The notes under the pieces were generated by a model, which saw only the letters and a list, made by a program, of their open reading frames with translations, was not told the origin of the DNA and searched no databases. The translations under genes were made by a program, and so were the position numbers. A DNA stretch of 64,000 nt from an uncultured Fibrobacterales bacterium (GTDB lineage Bacteria > Fibrobacterota > Fibrobacteria > Fibrobacterales > CAWVXU01): contig CAWVXU010000002.1 in assembly GCA_963934255.1 (NCBI GenBank), forward strand, positions 29,094 through 93,093. Direction: 5' to 3'. How positions within the stretch are numbered: the first letter of the stretch is position 1; every line of letters begins with the position of its first letter. Shown here in pieces: positions 27,947-37,415 of the stretch.

Positions 27947-29526
27947 GGAGTGTCCTCAAGTTTCGGTGGGTCGACATTTTTAATTACTGGTTTTTTTTCT
28001 AAATCAACTACAGTAGGTTTCTTAGGATCTATGATTGACTCGTTATTCCCGTTGTTATTATCATTAGTTTTTTTATCCAAATCACTAGACTCTATGGTAG
28101 ATAAAGGCTTTTCAACTGCACCCATCGCATCTGCTTCATTTTTTTCTAACACCTTCGCCTTAGCAACAATGCGTTCGACTATTTGAGCTGCAATTACACG
28201 AATAATCGGATCTTTGTCTTTAGTCTTGACTTGGATTGCCTCAATTGAAGCGTAGTCACCTATTTTACCTAGAGCAATGAGAGCTTCGCGACGGATCACA
28301 ACCTTATCATGATTAAGTTGTCCCATAAGCGCTGAACTAAATCTTTTGAGTTTTGAATTACCCATGATACGGATAACAGTTTCTCTGTACAAATCATCAG
28401 TAGCAGGATGTTCAGCCAGACGATTGAGTGCATTGTATGCCGGCTCGCCTATAGCTAGGAGTGAATCTTGAAAGCCACGTAGTGCGTCGATATTATCCGG
28501 TTCTGTTCTATAGGTTTTCACAATTTGATCTAATATGAGAGCAGACGCAGTTTCTTCTTCTTGATCAAAAGTTACCCTTGGGCCGGTAATTTCAGAAAGT
28601 AAAAATTCACTTCGAGACAGTCTTGTTTTTAAGTGAGAGATGCTATCTATTAAATGTTTTTGGCCTTTTTCCAAATCCTCTAGTCTCAGTTGAACTGTAC
28701 CTCTACCAGCTTCAGTCATAATTCCAGTGATTTGTATTTGAAGATAAATACCTGGAGAAAATTGAGCATCAAATCGCTCTCGTTCAGGTAAATTATAAAA
28801 GCCTAGTTGCTCATCTTGATAAAGCCATTCTTGAACTTCTAGTAACCCCGCTGTAATAGAAAAACGATCTTTTTTATGATAACTAAGACCAATATTGTGA
28901 TGAGCGAAATCTTCGCGTTGAAACCCTTCATAATCTAATTTTAGATAATCTGTCAAAGACAAATCCACGCCCCAAAATGGAGACGCCCCACCTTTAGCAA
29001 CTGAACTCAATATATTGATTCCGGCTTGCAGGTCAGTTCCAGAATCTAAACGACGGTAAAATTGTAAGTAAATTTCGTTTTCCCATTTGTCGCGGTCTTC
29101 AGTTGGGACTTGATAAATATGTGCTTCTTGAGAATTAAACATTTGCCTAAAGCCAAGAGCTAAAGAGGGAACCCAAGATTCTGACTCAAGGATAATTGTC
29201 CTCCCCATAAGAGAAACACCTTCACCATATTGAATCCCAAAGCTACCTCGATCAAGAACTCCAAATTCAAGTGACGTAACATTGGGCCATTCTCGCTCTC
29301 GACTCAGGTCCACCATGTGATGATTTGTCGCTAATAAATTTTTGAGTTCGAATTGACCATGTTTTAGAAGTCTTGGCTCTGGATTAACTGGGGCTGAATA
29401 AAGGGGTATAACTAATGTACCTGTTAGGAACAAAAATAGAAATAGAGGGAATGCAACAATATCAAATGAAACTCTCAATTGATATGCTTTAGTATCGCGG
29501 ACGCGGAGCCTCTTGTACAATTTCAT
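27943..29526 (-). CDS. Exported protein: beta-rich N-domain, coiled coil, HEAT repeats
   Basis: Hydrophobic leader; amphipathic strands; IRREALIALGKIGD and DKDPIIRVIAA HEAT units. Confidence 0.7.
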   Translation of the reverse strand: MKLYKRLRVRDTKAYQLRVSFDIVAFPLFLFLFLTGTLVIPLYSAPVNPEPRLLKHGQFELKNLLATNHHMVDLSREREWPNVTSLEFGVLDRGSFGIQYGEGVSLMGRTIILESESWVPSLALGFRQMFNSQEAHIYQVPTEDRDKWENEIYLQFYRRLDSGTDLQAGINILSSVAKGGASPFWGVDLSLTDYLKLDYEGFQREDFAHHNIGLSYHKKDRFSITAGLLEVQEWLYQDEQLGFYNLPERERFDAQFSPGIYLQIQITGIMTEAGRGTVQLRLEDLEKGQKHLIDSISHLKTRLSRSEFLLSEITGPRVTFDQEEETASALILDQIVKTYRTEPDNIDALRGFQDSLLAIGEPAYNALNRLAEHPATDDLYRETVIRIMGNSKLKRFSSALMGQLNHDKVVIRREALIALGKIGDYASIEAIQVKTKDKDPIIRVIAAQIVERIVAKAKVLEKNEADAMGAVEKPLSTIESSDLDKKTNDNNNGNNESIIDPKKPTVVDLEKKPVIKNVDPPKLEDTP

Positions 29527-30208
29527 ATAAGCCTTCTTGCTCTTCTTTACTCAAAATTCGGTATTCGCCTTCAGGCAGATCGTCTAGCTTTATTGGCCCA
29601 TATCGCAGTCTCAACAAATCTTGGACTCGGTAACCTAAAGCTTTCATCATCTCACGGACCTCGCGTTTTTTGCCTTCGTATAATATTATATCGGCTGTTT
29701 TCCCTTCAGACTTGATTAATTCAGGGCGAGACACGTGGCCACCCTCAATTTCAACACCATTTTCCATTTTTCTGATGGATCTAGGTCCAAGCTCTCGGTT
29801 CAAAGTAACGTGATACTCACGCTCTAACTGAAAGTCAGGATGGGTTAATCGTCGAGAAAGCTCACCATCTTCTGTCATAATAAGCAGTCCACGAGATAAG
29901 AAGTCAAGCCGACCTACATAACGAAAATGTTTTAATCCTGGAGGTAAAAGCTCATAGATCAACTTACGACCTTGTGGGTCATCTTGTGATACAATATATT
30001 CAACTGGTTTATGAATAATTAAGGTTTTGTATTGCTCTGGAGGCTCAACAGGTTCTCCATCTAGTGCTACCACCTGGTTTTCATAGATATAAGTCCCGAG
30101 TTCAGTCACGACTTCACCATTGATCGTCACACGACCCTCATTGATAAGCGTTTCAGCTTTTCTGCGACTTGCCACACCACAATGAGCTAAGTATTTATTG
30201 ATTCTCAA
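29489..30208 (-). CDS. RsuA/RluB-family rRNA pseudouridine synthase
   Basis: S4 domain MRINKYLAHCGVASRRKAE; VGRLD catalytic motif; EGKKREVR. Confidence 0.93.
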   Translation of the reverse strand: MRINKYLAHCGVASRRKAETLINEGRVTINGEVVTELGTYIYENQVVALDGEPVEPPEQYKTLIIHKPVEYIVSQDDPQGRKLIYELLPPGLKHFRYVGRLDFLSRGLLIMTEDGELSRRLTHPDFQLEREYHVTLNRELGPRSIRKMENGVEIEGGHVSRPELIKSEGKTADIILYEGKKREVREMMKALGYRVQDLLRLRYGPIKLDDLPEGEYRILSKEEQEGLYEIVQEAPRPRY

Positions 30209-31199
30209 GAGGACTCTCCAGTAAATTTTGTTGTGATAATAATTGAACTAAGATTCCATATCTGAGTCCCAAGTTAGTTACCCGACAAACATCAGGATTT
30301 AATTTTTCTATATAATTTTCTAAAATCCGAAGACCAGGGATAATCAGATCACCACGACCTTTGTCAAGACCTGGTATCTTATTGCGAACTTCTGCACTAA
30401 GATCACCTAGTCGCATAAAAGTCCGTTTGACCAAGCCATAATCTACAGGATAAGACTCAACTGCTTTGCCATCAAAATAATCTAGTTTTAAACTCACAGC
30501 GGCAAGTGCAGTTGCTGTTCCACCACACAAATAAATAGGCAAACCTTTATAGTTCTCCCATTCAACCTCTTCAGTTTGTCCAATCAGCCAATCCCGGATA
30601 CTGTCACCCGGTACAGCGCCATAGGCTTTGTTGATACGAAGCGCGCCAAGTGGCATTGAGACTCTATGCTCTTTGGTAGATAATTCGGTTGAACCTGCGC
30701 CAATATCTAAGGATACAAATTCTTTTTTGTCATAATAATGAGCTACACCCACCCAAGAACCTAAAGCTTCTTCAGGCCCTGTCAAAATAGTCGGAGCAAT
30801 ATTATGTAACTCGAATATCGTTTCAAACTCGTGCAGAATATCTTCTTGATTGGTCGCTTGGCGCATCGCTTCGGTTAATGTTAAAGCCATTAATTTGGCG
30901 CCAGTATTATGTATCACTTGTCTAAATTCAAGCATTGCTTTTATTAGTCGCGATTGGGCTTGGGGTCCTACCGTAATTTCTTCAGATTCCGCTTTGAGGT
31001 CTTCACCCAGACGAACCGAGGCAAGTTTTTCCAGACAAGGCTCTAGTCTTTGACGAGTCACTGCCGGGAGTGTCTTAGTTTTACCTGAAATGTCGGGTTC
31101 ACTCTGCATTTCTGGAGACACAATATGCTTCTCTATTTTTGCTATTAGCAAAAGAGCTGAATTAGTTCCTACATCAATCGAGGCATATATTTCAGACAT
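30195..31199 (-). CDS. Ppx/GppA family phosphatase (short form)
   Basis: IDVGTNS, EAMRQATN, GPEEA, DIGAGSTE, GLRYG. Confidence 0.88.
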   Translation of the reverse strand: MSEIYASIDVGTNSALLLIAKIEKHIVSPEMQSEPDISGKTKTLPAVTRQRLEPCLEKLASVRLGEDLKAESEEITVGPQAQSRLIKAMLEFRQVIHNTGAKLMALTLTEAMRQATNQEDILHEFETIFELHNIAPTILTGPEEALGSWVGVAHYYDKKEFVSLDIGAGSTELSTKEHRVSMPLGALRINKAYGAVPGDSIRDWLIGQTEEVEWENYKGLPIYLCGGTATALAAVSLKLDYFDGKAVESYPVDYGLVKRTFMRLGDLSAEVRNKIPGLDKGRGDLIIPGLRILENYIEKLNPDVCRVTNLGLRYGILVQLLSQQNLLESPLENQ

Positions 31200-31506
31200 C
31201 TTCATCAAAGATTTTAGAGCCAATTGTTTCTACTAATGTCTCAGGATTTAACAAAAAAGCACGAGCGCCTGAAACGGCTTGTTCAACCATTGCATCCGAG
31301 TATATTTCAGACCACTCGGCAATGACAGGGCCACTTTTAGTTCCAAGTGGTTCACCTTCGCGCATCTCTTGAGCCATCAACAATGCAAGCTTAATGCCCA
31401 TCCCATGGGATGTCACATTTTTAGCATTGCCGAGTAGGAAGTCTACTCGTTTTAAATTGTCTTCTAGATTCACAGCCTCAAGACGTGGTCGAAATTCCTC
31501 ACTCAT
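31192..31506 (-). CDS. Hypothetical protein
   Basis: 104-aa ORF overlapping both neighbours in an operon. Confidence 0.7.
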   Translation of the reverse strand: MSEEFRPRLEAVNLEDNLKRVDFLLGNAKNVTSHGMGIKLALLMAQEMREGEPLGTKSGPVIAEWSEIYSDAMVEQAVSGARAFLLNPETLVETIGSKIFDEDV

Positions 31507-34216
31507 CTATAAACTCCTTAACTACAGTATCTACAGTCGGTACAACTTTTCTTTTGCGCTTGCGTTTAATGCGAGCACGACCATCTTCTGTTTCGAAGTA
31601 GAGGGCTTTTTTGGTTATTTTCGTTTGGCGAGCTTCATCAATAGTACAACCTGTAAATGATGCCACAGCGACAAAAGGACTTACAGAAGCACCTGATGAA
31701 TTCACTTTTAGTTTAAAGAATAAACTTCCATCAACATTAATTGACATTTCAATGACTTCATCTTGGATATCATTTTTCTTACCACGATGATTGAACACAG
31801 CAGGAAGTTCACCTTTTTCAAACAATGCAATCGTCTTTGGAAATAATTCAGCTTGAGGTCCCCAAATCGTGGTGTTCACTTTGGAAGGATCCAGGCTCAT
31901 CTCAAGTGAATATGAAACTTCTTCAGGAATTCTCAATTTTTTATTTTCAACACGAGTGATATCTAGTACTTCAAGACCACGAGGAAAAACCGCATTCAGA
32001 CTTGAAAGTATTGTTCCATCTACCGGGAGTTCATCCAAAAGAGTCACTTGAACTTCTTCACATTCGGTTCCGAGTCCTAGGGGTAATGCTCCAAGATTTT
32101 GAACTAATGGACGCGGGCTAAAGCCTTTGGAAAACTTCAGTGTGATATTCATACGAGTAAATGCGCGTGAGAAAAAGTCCATTGTGTTTTGATGTGGTAG
32201 ATATTTAGCGAGTTCTGATTTAGAATACTTAATCACATAATGGTAATTATCACGAAGCTTGTGTTTACGCTCATGGAAAAGAGCACGCACTTCTTCTGGT
32301 TTTCTACTAGGAGCTTCCACTTTTGGGGTGTCAGCTAATTGGGTGTCAAGACCATTTCCCGGGATGCCGCATTTTTGACAATCAGAATCACCCCATTTAC
32401 AGTCAGGTACCGGCGCACTATCGACGAGAAACATTTTTTTGTACTCACTTTTAAGATACCCTTTGGAGGTTCCTGCGTGAATAAAGTCCCAAGGGAAAGT
32501 TTCTTCATGAGAGCGCTCAACAAAAATTCGGTCTTGGTTGACATTGTATTTTTCCCAAATTTCATTCCACTTCGCATAGTTGAAGTTTTCACGAAATGAT
32601 TCAAATACGATGCCGCTTTGGTATGCTTCATAGATCATCGGCGCTAAGCTTCTATCACCACGAGAATAGAATGACTCAAGATGAGCTTCATCCCACTCTG
32701 TCCAAGAAATTCGAACATTCTTATTTTTGCGAAATCTTTCACGAACAAAGTTGATATGAGTCATCACCTTTTCTTTGCCCATAAAGCCAACCCACTGCAT
32801 CGGAGTGAATGGCTTAGGAACCATAATCCCGATGGATGCGTGAACTTTGTTTTGCCTATTGTGCTTTTGGCCGATCGTGATTAGTCCTTGAATCAAACCA
32901 CAGAAGGCTTCCATGTCTTCAAGATTTTCAGTCGGCAGACCAACCATCGTATATAATTTGATATTGTTGAAGCCAGAAGAATAAACATTTTCAGCTGCTT
33001 GGTACATATCGTCATCAGAAATGGTTTTGTTGATCAGTATGCGAAGTCTTTCACTTCCGGTCTCTGGAGCAAATGTCGCTGAGCGCCCGCCTTTAATGGC
33101 AGCTACTTTTTGAGCAAGAGTTTGTCCAAAGCTATTAGCACGAAGTGACGGAAGAGAAACGTCAATATTATTAAATTCTTCTTTATCAATTAAAATGTCA
33201 GTCACTTTCTCGACTTGAGAATAATCTGCAGTCGAGAGACTTAAAAGTCCTAGCTCTTTTTCACCTGTGGCTTTGAGTCCTTTTTGAGCAATCTCAATGA
33301 CATCATCAGGCTGAAGCTCACGATTGGGTCGGTACCAATATCCGGCTTGACAAAATCTACAACCCTGGGTACATCCGCGCATCACTTCCACAGAGAAACG
33401 ATTATGAACTAATTTTCCATTTGGAATTAAGTTTTGGACAGGGTAATCGTCTTTGTTTAAAACTTCTACCCAAGTGCGCTGCACACCTTTTGTACGAAGA
33501 TAAGAGCCTTTGGCTACTGCATCTTCATCAGGGATCCACTCGCCATGTTCGTTGAGTTTAATCGCCATGAGACTAGGTACATAAATACCTTTGAGTTCAG
33601 CGAGCTCAGTCAGTATAGTTATTCTGTCTTTATTTGCACGACGGCCCGCACCAACTATACGAGTAATTGCCGGAGCGAGTACTTCACCATCACCGATGAC
33701 AAAGAAGTCATAGAAATCAGCCACAGGCTCAGGGTTAGCCATGACGGGTCCACCACCGACGATAAATGGGTCATCGATACCACGCTCAGCACTCCACGAT
33801 GGGATACCAGAAAGTTCTAGTACATAAGGTACATTGGTGTAGTTGAGCTCAGTTTGAAGTGAGATACCGACTAGATCAAATTCATTGAGTGGTGTGTATG
33901 ACTCATGTGAATAAAGTGGGATGCCTGCTTGACGCATCTCATCTGCCATATCCATCCATGGTGCAAACGATGTTTCACACAGGAGGTCTTCTTCACGATT
34001 GACTACATGGTAAAGTACACGACTACCATTATTAGACATGCCGACTTCATAGGTGTCAGGGAATAGCAAAACCATACGCCCGACACAATCATCAAAATCT
34101 TTATCTATCCCATTACCTTCACCACCGAGGTAGCGGGCAGGGTTTTCAACTCGAGACAATACGCCTTCAAGTTTAACGACGAGGCTTTGCGCCTCTGCTG
34201 AGAGAATCTTTTTCAT
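31499..34216 (-). CDS. TIGR03960-like B12-binding radical SAM fused to TIGR03936/DUF2344-like domain
   Basis: PARYLGGE, FPDTYEVGMSN, RGCTQGCRFCQAG; C-terminal FSKGFSPRP. Confidence 0.9.
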   Translation of the reverse strand: MKKILSAEAQSLVVKLEGVLSRVENPARYLGGEGNGIDKDFDDCVGRMVLLFPDTYEVGMSNNGSRVLYHVVNREEDLLCETSFAPWMDMADEMRQAGIPLYSHESYTPLNEFDLVGISLQTELNYTNVPYVLELSGIPSWSAERGIDDPFIVGGGPVMANPEPVADFYDFFVIGDGEVLAPAITRIVGAGRRANKDRITILTELAELKGIYVPSLMAIKLNEHGEWIPDEDAVAKGSYLRTKGVQRTWVEVLNKDDYPVQNLIPNGKLVHNRFSVEVMRGCTQGCRFCQAGYWYRPNRELQPDDVIEIAQKGLKATGEKELGLLSLSTADYSQVEKVTDILIDKEEFNNIDVSLPSLRANSFGQTLAQKVAAIKGGRSATFAPETGSERLRILINKTISDDDMYQAAENVYSSGFNNIKLYTMVGLPTENLEDMEAFCGLIQGLITIGQKHNRQNKVHASIGIMVPKPFTPMQWVGFMGKEKVMTHINFVRERFRKNKNVRISWTEWDEAHLESFYSRGDRSLAPMIYEAYQSGIVFESFRENFNYAKWNEIWEKYNVNQDRIFVERSHEETFPWDFIHAGTSKGYLKSEYKKMFLVDSAPVPDCKWGDSDCQKCGIPGNGLDTQLADTPKVEAPSRKPEEVRALFHERKHKLRDNYHYVIKYSKSELAKYLPHQNTMDFFSRAFTRMNITLKFSKGFSPRPLVQNLGALPLGLGTECEEVQVTLLDELPVDGTILSSLNAVFPRGLEVLDITRVENKKLRIPEEVSYSLEMSLDPSKVNTTIWGPQAELFPKTIALFEKGELPAVFNHRGKKNDIQDEVIEMSINVDGSLFFKLKVNSSGASVSPFVAVASFTGCTIDEARQTKITKKALYFETEDGRARIKRKRKRKVVPTVDTVVKEFIDE

Positions 34217-34387
34217 ATGTTAAAGGTAGCAAAATGGAGATTTGAGCGATTTTTATAATGCGGATAAAAGGATTTGTTTACACTTGATTTTACCAATATT
34301 TCGAGGAAAATGAGCTTTTTGGGGTGAATGCAGTCTATTTTCGGTAAAATATGGGATTAGCAAATCATTTTTAGTGTTGAGTTGAGC

Positions 34388-35746
34388 CTACTTTTGGTCG
34401 CTACAACATCGGAAGCCTACCATCGGATACTCATTTTGAGGGAAAAAACTGTACTTCGTAGTGCCGCAAGATGTCTGGCTCACACTCTTCCAAGACCCGC
34501 CCGAGACGACAAAATACTTGCTCCTCTTAGGTGATGGAGTCGATGTCCACTCCCATACGTTTCCACCCATATCATAAGCTCCGTACCAAGATCGACAATT
34601 TTTCTTACGGCCCGAGCGACCTGGTACAGATGAGTTTGATGTACAGTATGCAGCTTCAAACGACTGACCATAGGAGTATTTGGTTTTGTCAGGTCCTTGG
34701 CATGACCATTTCCATTCAGCGGCACTACAAAGTCTTTTACCTACACTTTTACAGGCGGTAGCTGCATCCATTTGGGAAGTAAATGCTTTTGGTTTTTCGC
34801 CAGCTTTATTGGGCCACTCATATTCATCTATACAAAAGCCTTGACTTGGGCCATCTTGAGTGACCCCACCCACGGGGACTGCGTTTTGCCCACAAGTTGA
34901 ATTTCGCGGCACTATTTGGAAATTGCGAATAACGGGTGTTGATGAATTTTTGTTTTTATCCAAGGCTCGAAGGATAGCAACCTGGCTTCTAGAAATTGTT
35001 TGATTAGAGAAAGCGGTGTACTTCAAAGTAGATAAGTCACTTGGGATACTTGATTTAAAATCGAGTAACGAATATTGGATAACACAACCGTCTGATTTTG
35101 TTTTCGCGCCGTTCTTCATGGTGTAATCCTGACAACTTGCTTTGAGTTTTACTTGATCAAAATATCGACCGCTTAGTGGGTTCACTTGAAGAGTTGGTGG
35201 CAGGCTGTCATTTAAGTTCGGGTTGATTGAGTTTGATTCATTTTTCTCATTATTCCCGTTAAGCCCATTTGCTACTTGAGCACTATCTGAATAAAATGAT
35301 CCATGAACACTTCCCCCATTTCCACCAATTTTAACCGATGAAACCTTGTTTGAGGCTGCGTTTAATTGATTGATAGAGTCTTTTCTTAGAGAGTTTAAAA
35401 TGAGTGAATCTAACAATCGTAATTTACGTAGAGAATCAAGACGAGATGAATCCGAATGTAAAGTATTGAAAGCCCTTAGAGAATCAAGGCGAATCGAGTC
35501 TATACGAAGTGAATCTAAACCTAGAGAATCTAATGTTTTTTGAATCTTCAGTTCTTCAGCAGAAAGCTGTCCATTTGGATTTGTTGAATTACCCCCAACA
35601 GAGCTTTTCAACTTCCACTGAATAAAAAAGGTCAACAAAAGAAGGAGTAATATGAGAACAAGAATCCAATATTTATTTTTCTTCTCGGGCTCTTTTAATT
35701 CTTTTGACTTGTTTTGTGAAGGACTCGGCTGATTGCTTTGGTTCAT
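34388..35746 (-). CDS. Membrane-anchored FGE-sulfatase (SUMF1-like) domain protein
   Basis: N-terminal TM; FCIDEYEWPN, GKRLCSAAEW, YDMGGNVWEW, GFRCC. Confidence 0.88.
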   Translation of the reverse strand: MNQSNQPSPSQNKSKELKEPEKKNKYWILVLILLLLLLTFFIQWKLKSSVGGNSTNPNGQLSAEELKIQKTLDSLGLDSLRIDSIRLDSLRAFNTLHSDSSRLDSLRKLRLLDSLILNSLRKDSINQLNAASNKVSSVKIGGNGGSVHGSFYSDSAQVANGLNGNNEKNESNSINPNLNDSLPPTLQVNPLSGRYFDQVKLKASCQDYTMKNGAKTKSDGCVIQYSLLDFKSSIPSDLSTLKYTAFSNQTISRSQVAILRALDKNKNSSTPVIRNFQIVPRNSTCGQNAVPVGGVTQDGPSQGFCIDEYEWPNKAGEKPKAFTSQMDAATACKSVGKRLCSAAEWKWSCQGPDKTKYSYGQSFEAAYCTSNSSVPGRSGRKKNCRSWYGAYDMGGNVWEWTSTPSPKRSKYFVVSGGSWKSVSQTSCGTTKYSFFPQNEYPMVGFRCCSDQK

Positions 35747-35773
35747 AAGGGGAGTTTTCTTGTTCTAGTGAAT

Positions 35774-36550
35774 TTATTTATCTTCTAATAATCTACGATG
35801 AAGTTCTTCTCTGAGCTCATGCTCTTGAAGGCCTCTTAAACTTTTTCGTTTTTGGTAAAGTGATATTTGACCTGTTTCTTCTGACACCACTAGTATGATT
35901 GCATCTGATTCACCAGCCAAGGTTTCTGCACTTCGATGCCTCATGCCCGTTTGTTCTTCTTCACCGGTAGTTTGAGATATAGGTAGCGTACATGCCGCCG
36001 CCGAGATACGGTCACGATGTACTATCACGGCACCATCATGTAGTTGAGAATTTGGGTAAAATATCGATTTAAGTATTCCTGGGGAAATTTTAGAATCAAG
36101 AGCAATCCCTGTATCAATATATGGCTTGAGCCCCACGTCTTGTTCAATCACAATAAGAGCTCCCCAGCGCGAGCGACTAAAGTCACGACATGTTACTACG
36201 ACTGATTCAACGATATCTTTCATCGCATCTTGGTGGAAAAGTAAATGTCTGATAGTTGAGTGAGATGCAGTCTGACCTAGTCGAGTTAAAGCGCCTCGAA
36301 TCTCTGGCTGAAATACAATAACTAGAGCAACTACACCTACTGTTAAAAAATTGGAAAAAAGAAAGCTCACACCACCGAGTCCCCACCATTCAGATAGTGA
36401 ATAGAATATGACTAGAACAGTGAATCCAAAAAACATTTGGACGGCGCGAGTACCCAAAAAAAGAAAGAAAACATAGTAGAAGAAAATACTGACAAGGATA
36501 ATATCTAGTATATCAGTAATACCAAAATCAATGAATCCAAATAAATTCAT
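35774..36550 (-). CDS. cdaA: Diadenylate cyclase CdaA
   Basis: Three TMs, FQPEIR, HDGA, GMRHRS, VSEETG. Confidence 0.92.
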   Translation of the reverse strand: MNLFGFIDFGITDILDIILVSIFFYYVFFLFLGTRAVQMFFGFTVLVIFYSLSEWWGLGGVSFLFSNFLTVGVVALVIVFQPEIRGALTRLGQTASHSTIRHLLFHQDAMKDIVESVVVTCRDFSRSRWGALIVIEQDVGLKPYIDTGIALDSKISPGILKSIFYPNSQLHDGAVIVHRDRISAAACTLPISQTTGEEEQTGMRHRSAETLAGESDAIILVVSEETGQISLYQKRKSLRGLQEHELREELHRRLLEDK

Positions 36551-37413
36551 GAGCGAGCCCTCATTTCACTTACTAAGGTCAGAATTTCACGAGTCTCTTT
36601 GATGTCATGAACTCGCAGTATAGAAGCTCCTGCCATCTCAGCTATAAGAGCCGACCCTAATGAAGGGACAAGGCGGTCACTATTTTCCAAACCCGGAGTT
36701 TGGCCTATATATGATTTGCGAGACATACCCATCAGTATCGGGCACTCTAACGAATCTAGTTGTGACAAATTCCAAATCAGCTTCATATTATGGTCTAGGT
36801 TTTTACCAAATCCAATACCTGGATCGACACAGATTTTCGATTGAGAAAGTCCGAGATTGAGAAGCTTTTGGATTTGTGTTCCAAGGTCTTGAATGATATC
36901 AGCCATCAAATCATCATAATGTGGATTGACTTGCATCGTGCGCGGTGTGCCTCGCAGATGATTGAGACAGATAGAGGCATTGTGCTCAATGATAACCCCA
37001 GGCATTTCAGGATCTAGAGTCAGGGCTGAAATATCATTGACAATAGTCGCTCCAGCCCGAAGAGCTAAATCAGCTACAGAAGCTTTGGTCGTGTCTATAG
37101 AAATCGGGATCTTGTTATTTACACTTTTTAGGTAATTAAAAGCAGGCTCTAATCTAGCCCATTCATCTTCGACTGAGACAGATGCAGCACCGGGACGAGA
37201 ACTCTCTGCACCCAAATCAATAATGTCCACATTTTGTTCTAGGCATTCTTGATAGCGAGCTTCAAAAGCATCCTGAGCTTGGTAAACTCCGCCATCAAAG
37301 AAAGAGTCAGGGGTGACATTAAAGATAGCCATGAGTAAAGTATGCCCCCCACCTAGATGAGAACCATCAACCTCCCAAGCACGCACTTGGCAACTCGGAG
37401 GTGTTTGACTCAT
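36547..37413 (-). CDS. folP: Dihydropteroate synthase
   Basis: NVTPDSFFDGG, ESSRPG, DPGIGFGK, SRKS, RVHD. Confidence 0.96.
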   Translation of the reverse strand: MSQTPPSCQVRAWEVDGSHLGGGHTLLMAIFNVTPDSFFDGGVYQAQDAFEARYQECLEQNVDIIDLGAESSRPGAASVSVEDEWARLEPAFNYLKSVNNKIPISIDTTKASVADLALRAGATIVNDISALTLDPEMPGVIIEHNASICLNHLRGTPRTMQVNPHYDDLMADIIQDLGTQIQKLLNLGLSQSKICVDPGIGFGKNLDHNMKLIWNLSQLDSLECPILMGMSRKSYIGQTPGLENSDRLVPSLGSALIAEMAGASILRVHDIKETREILTLVSEMRARS

Positions 37414-37415
37414 CT

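Noticed and set aside
34388..34900. FGE-sulfatase domain as a diversity-generating retroelement target
   Set aside because: No reverse transcriptase and no template-repeat copy of the 3' end seen in the window
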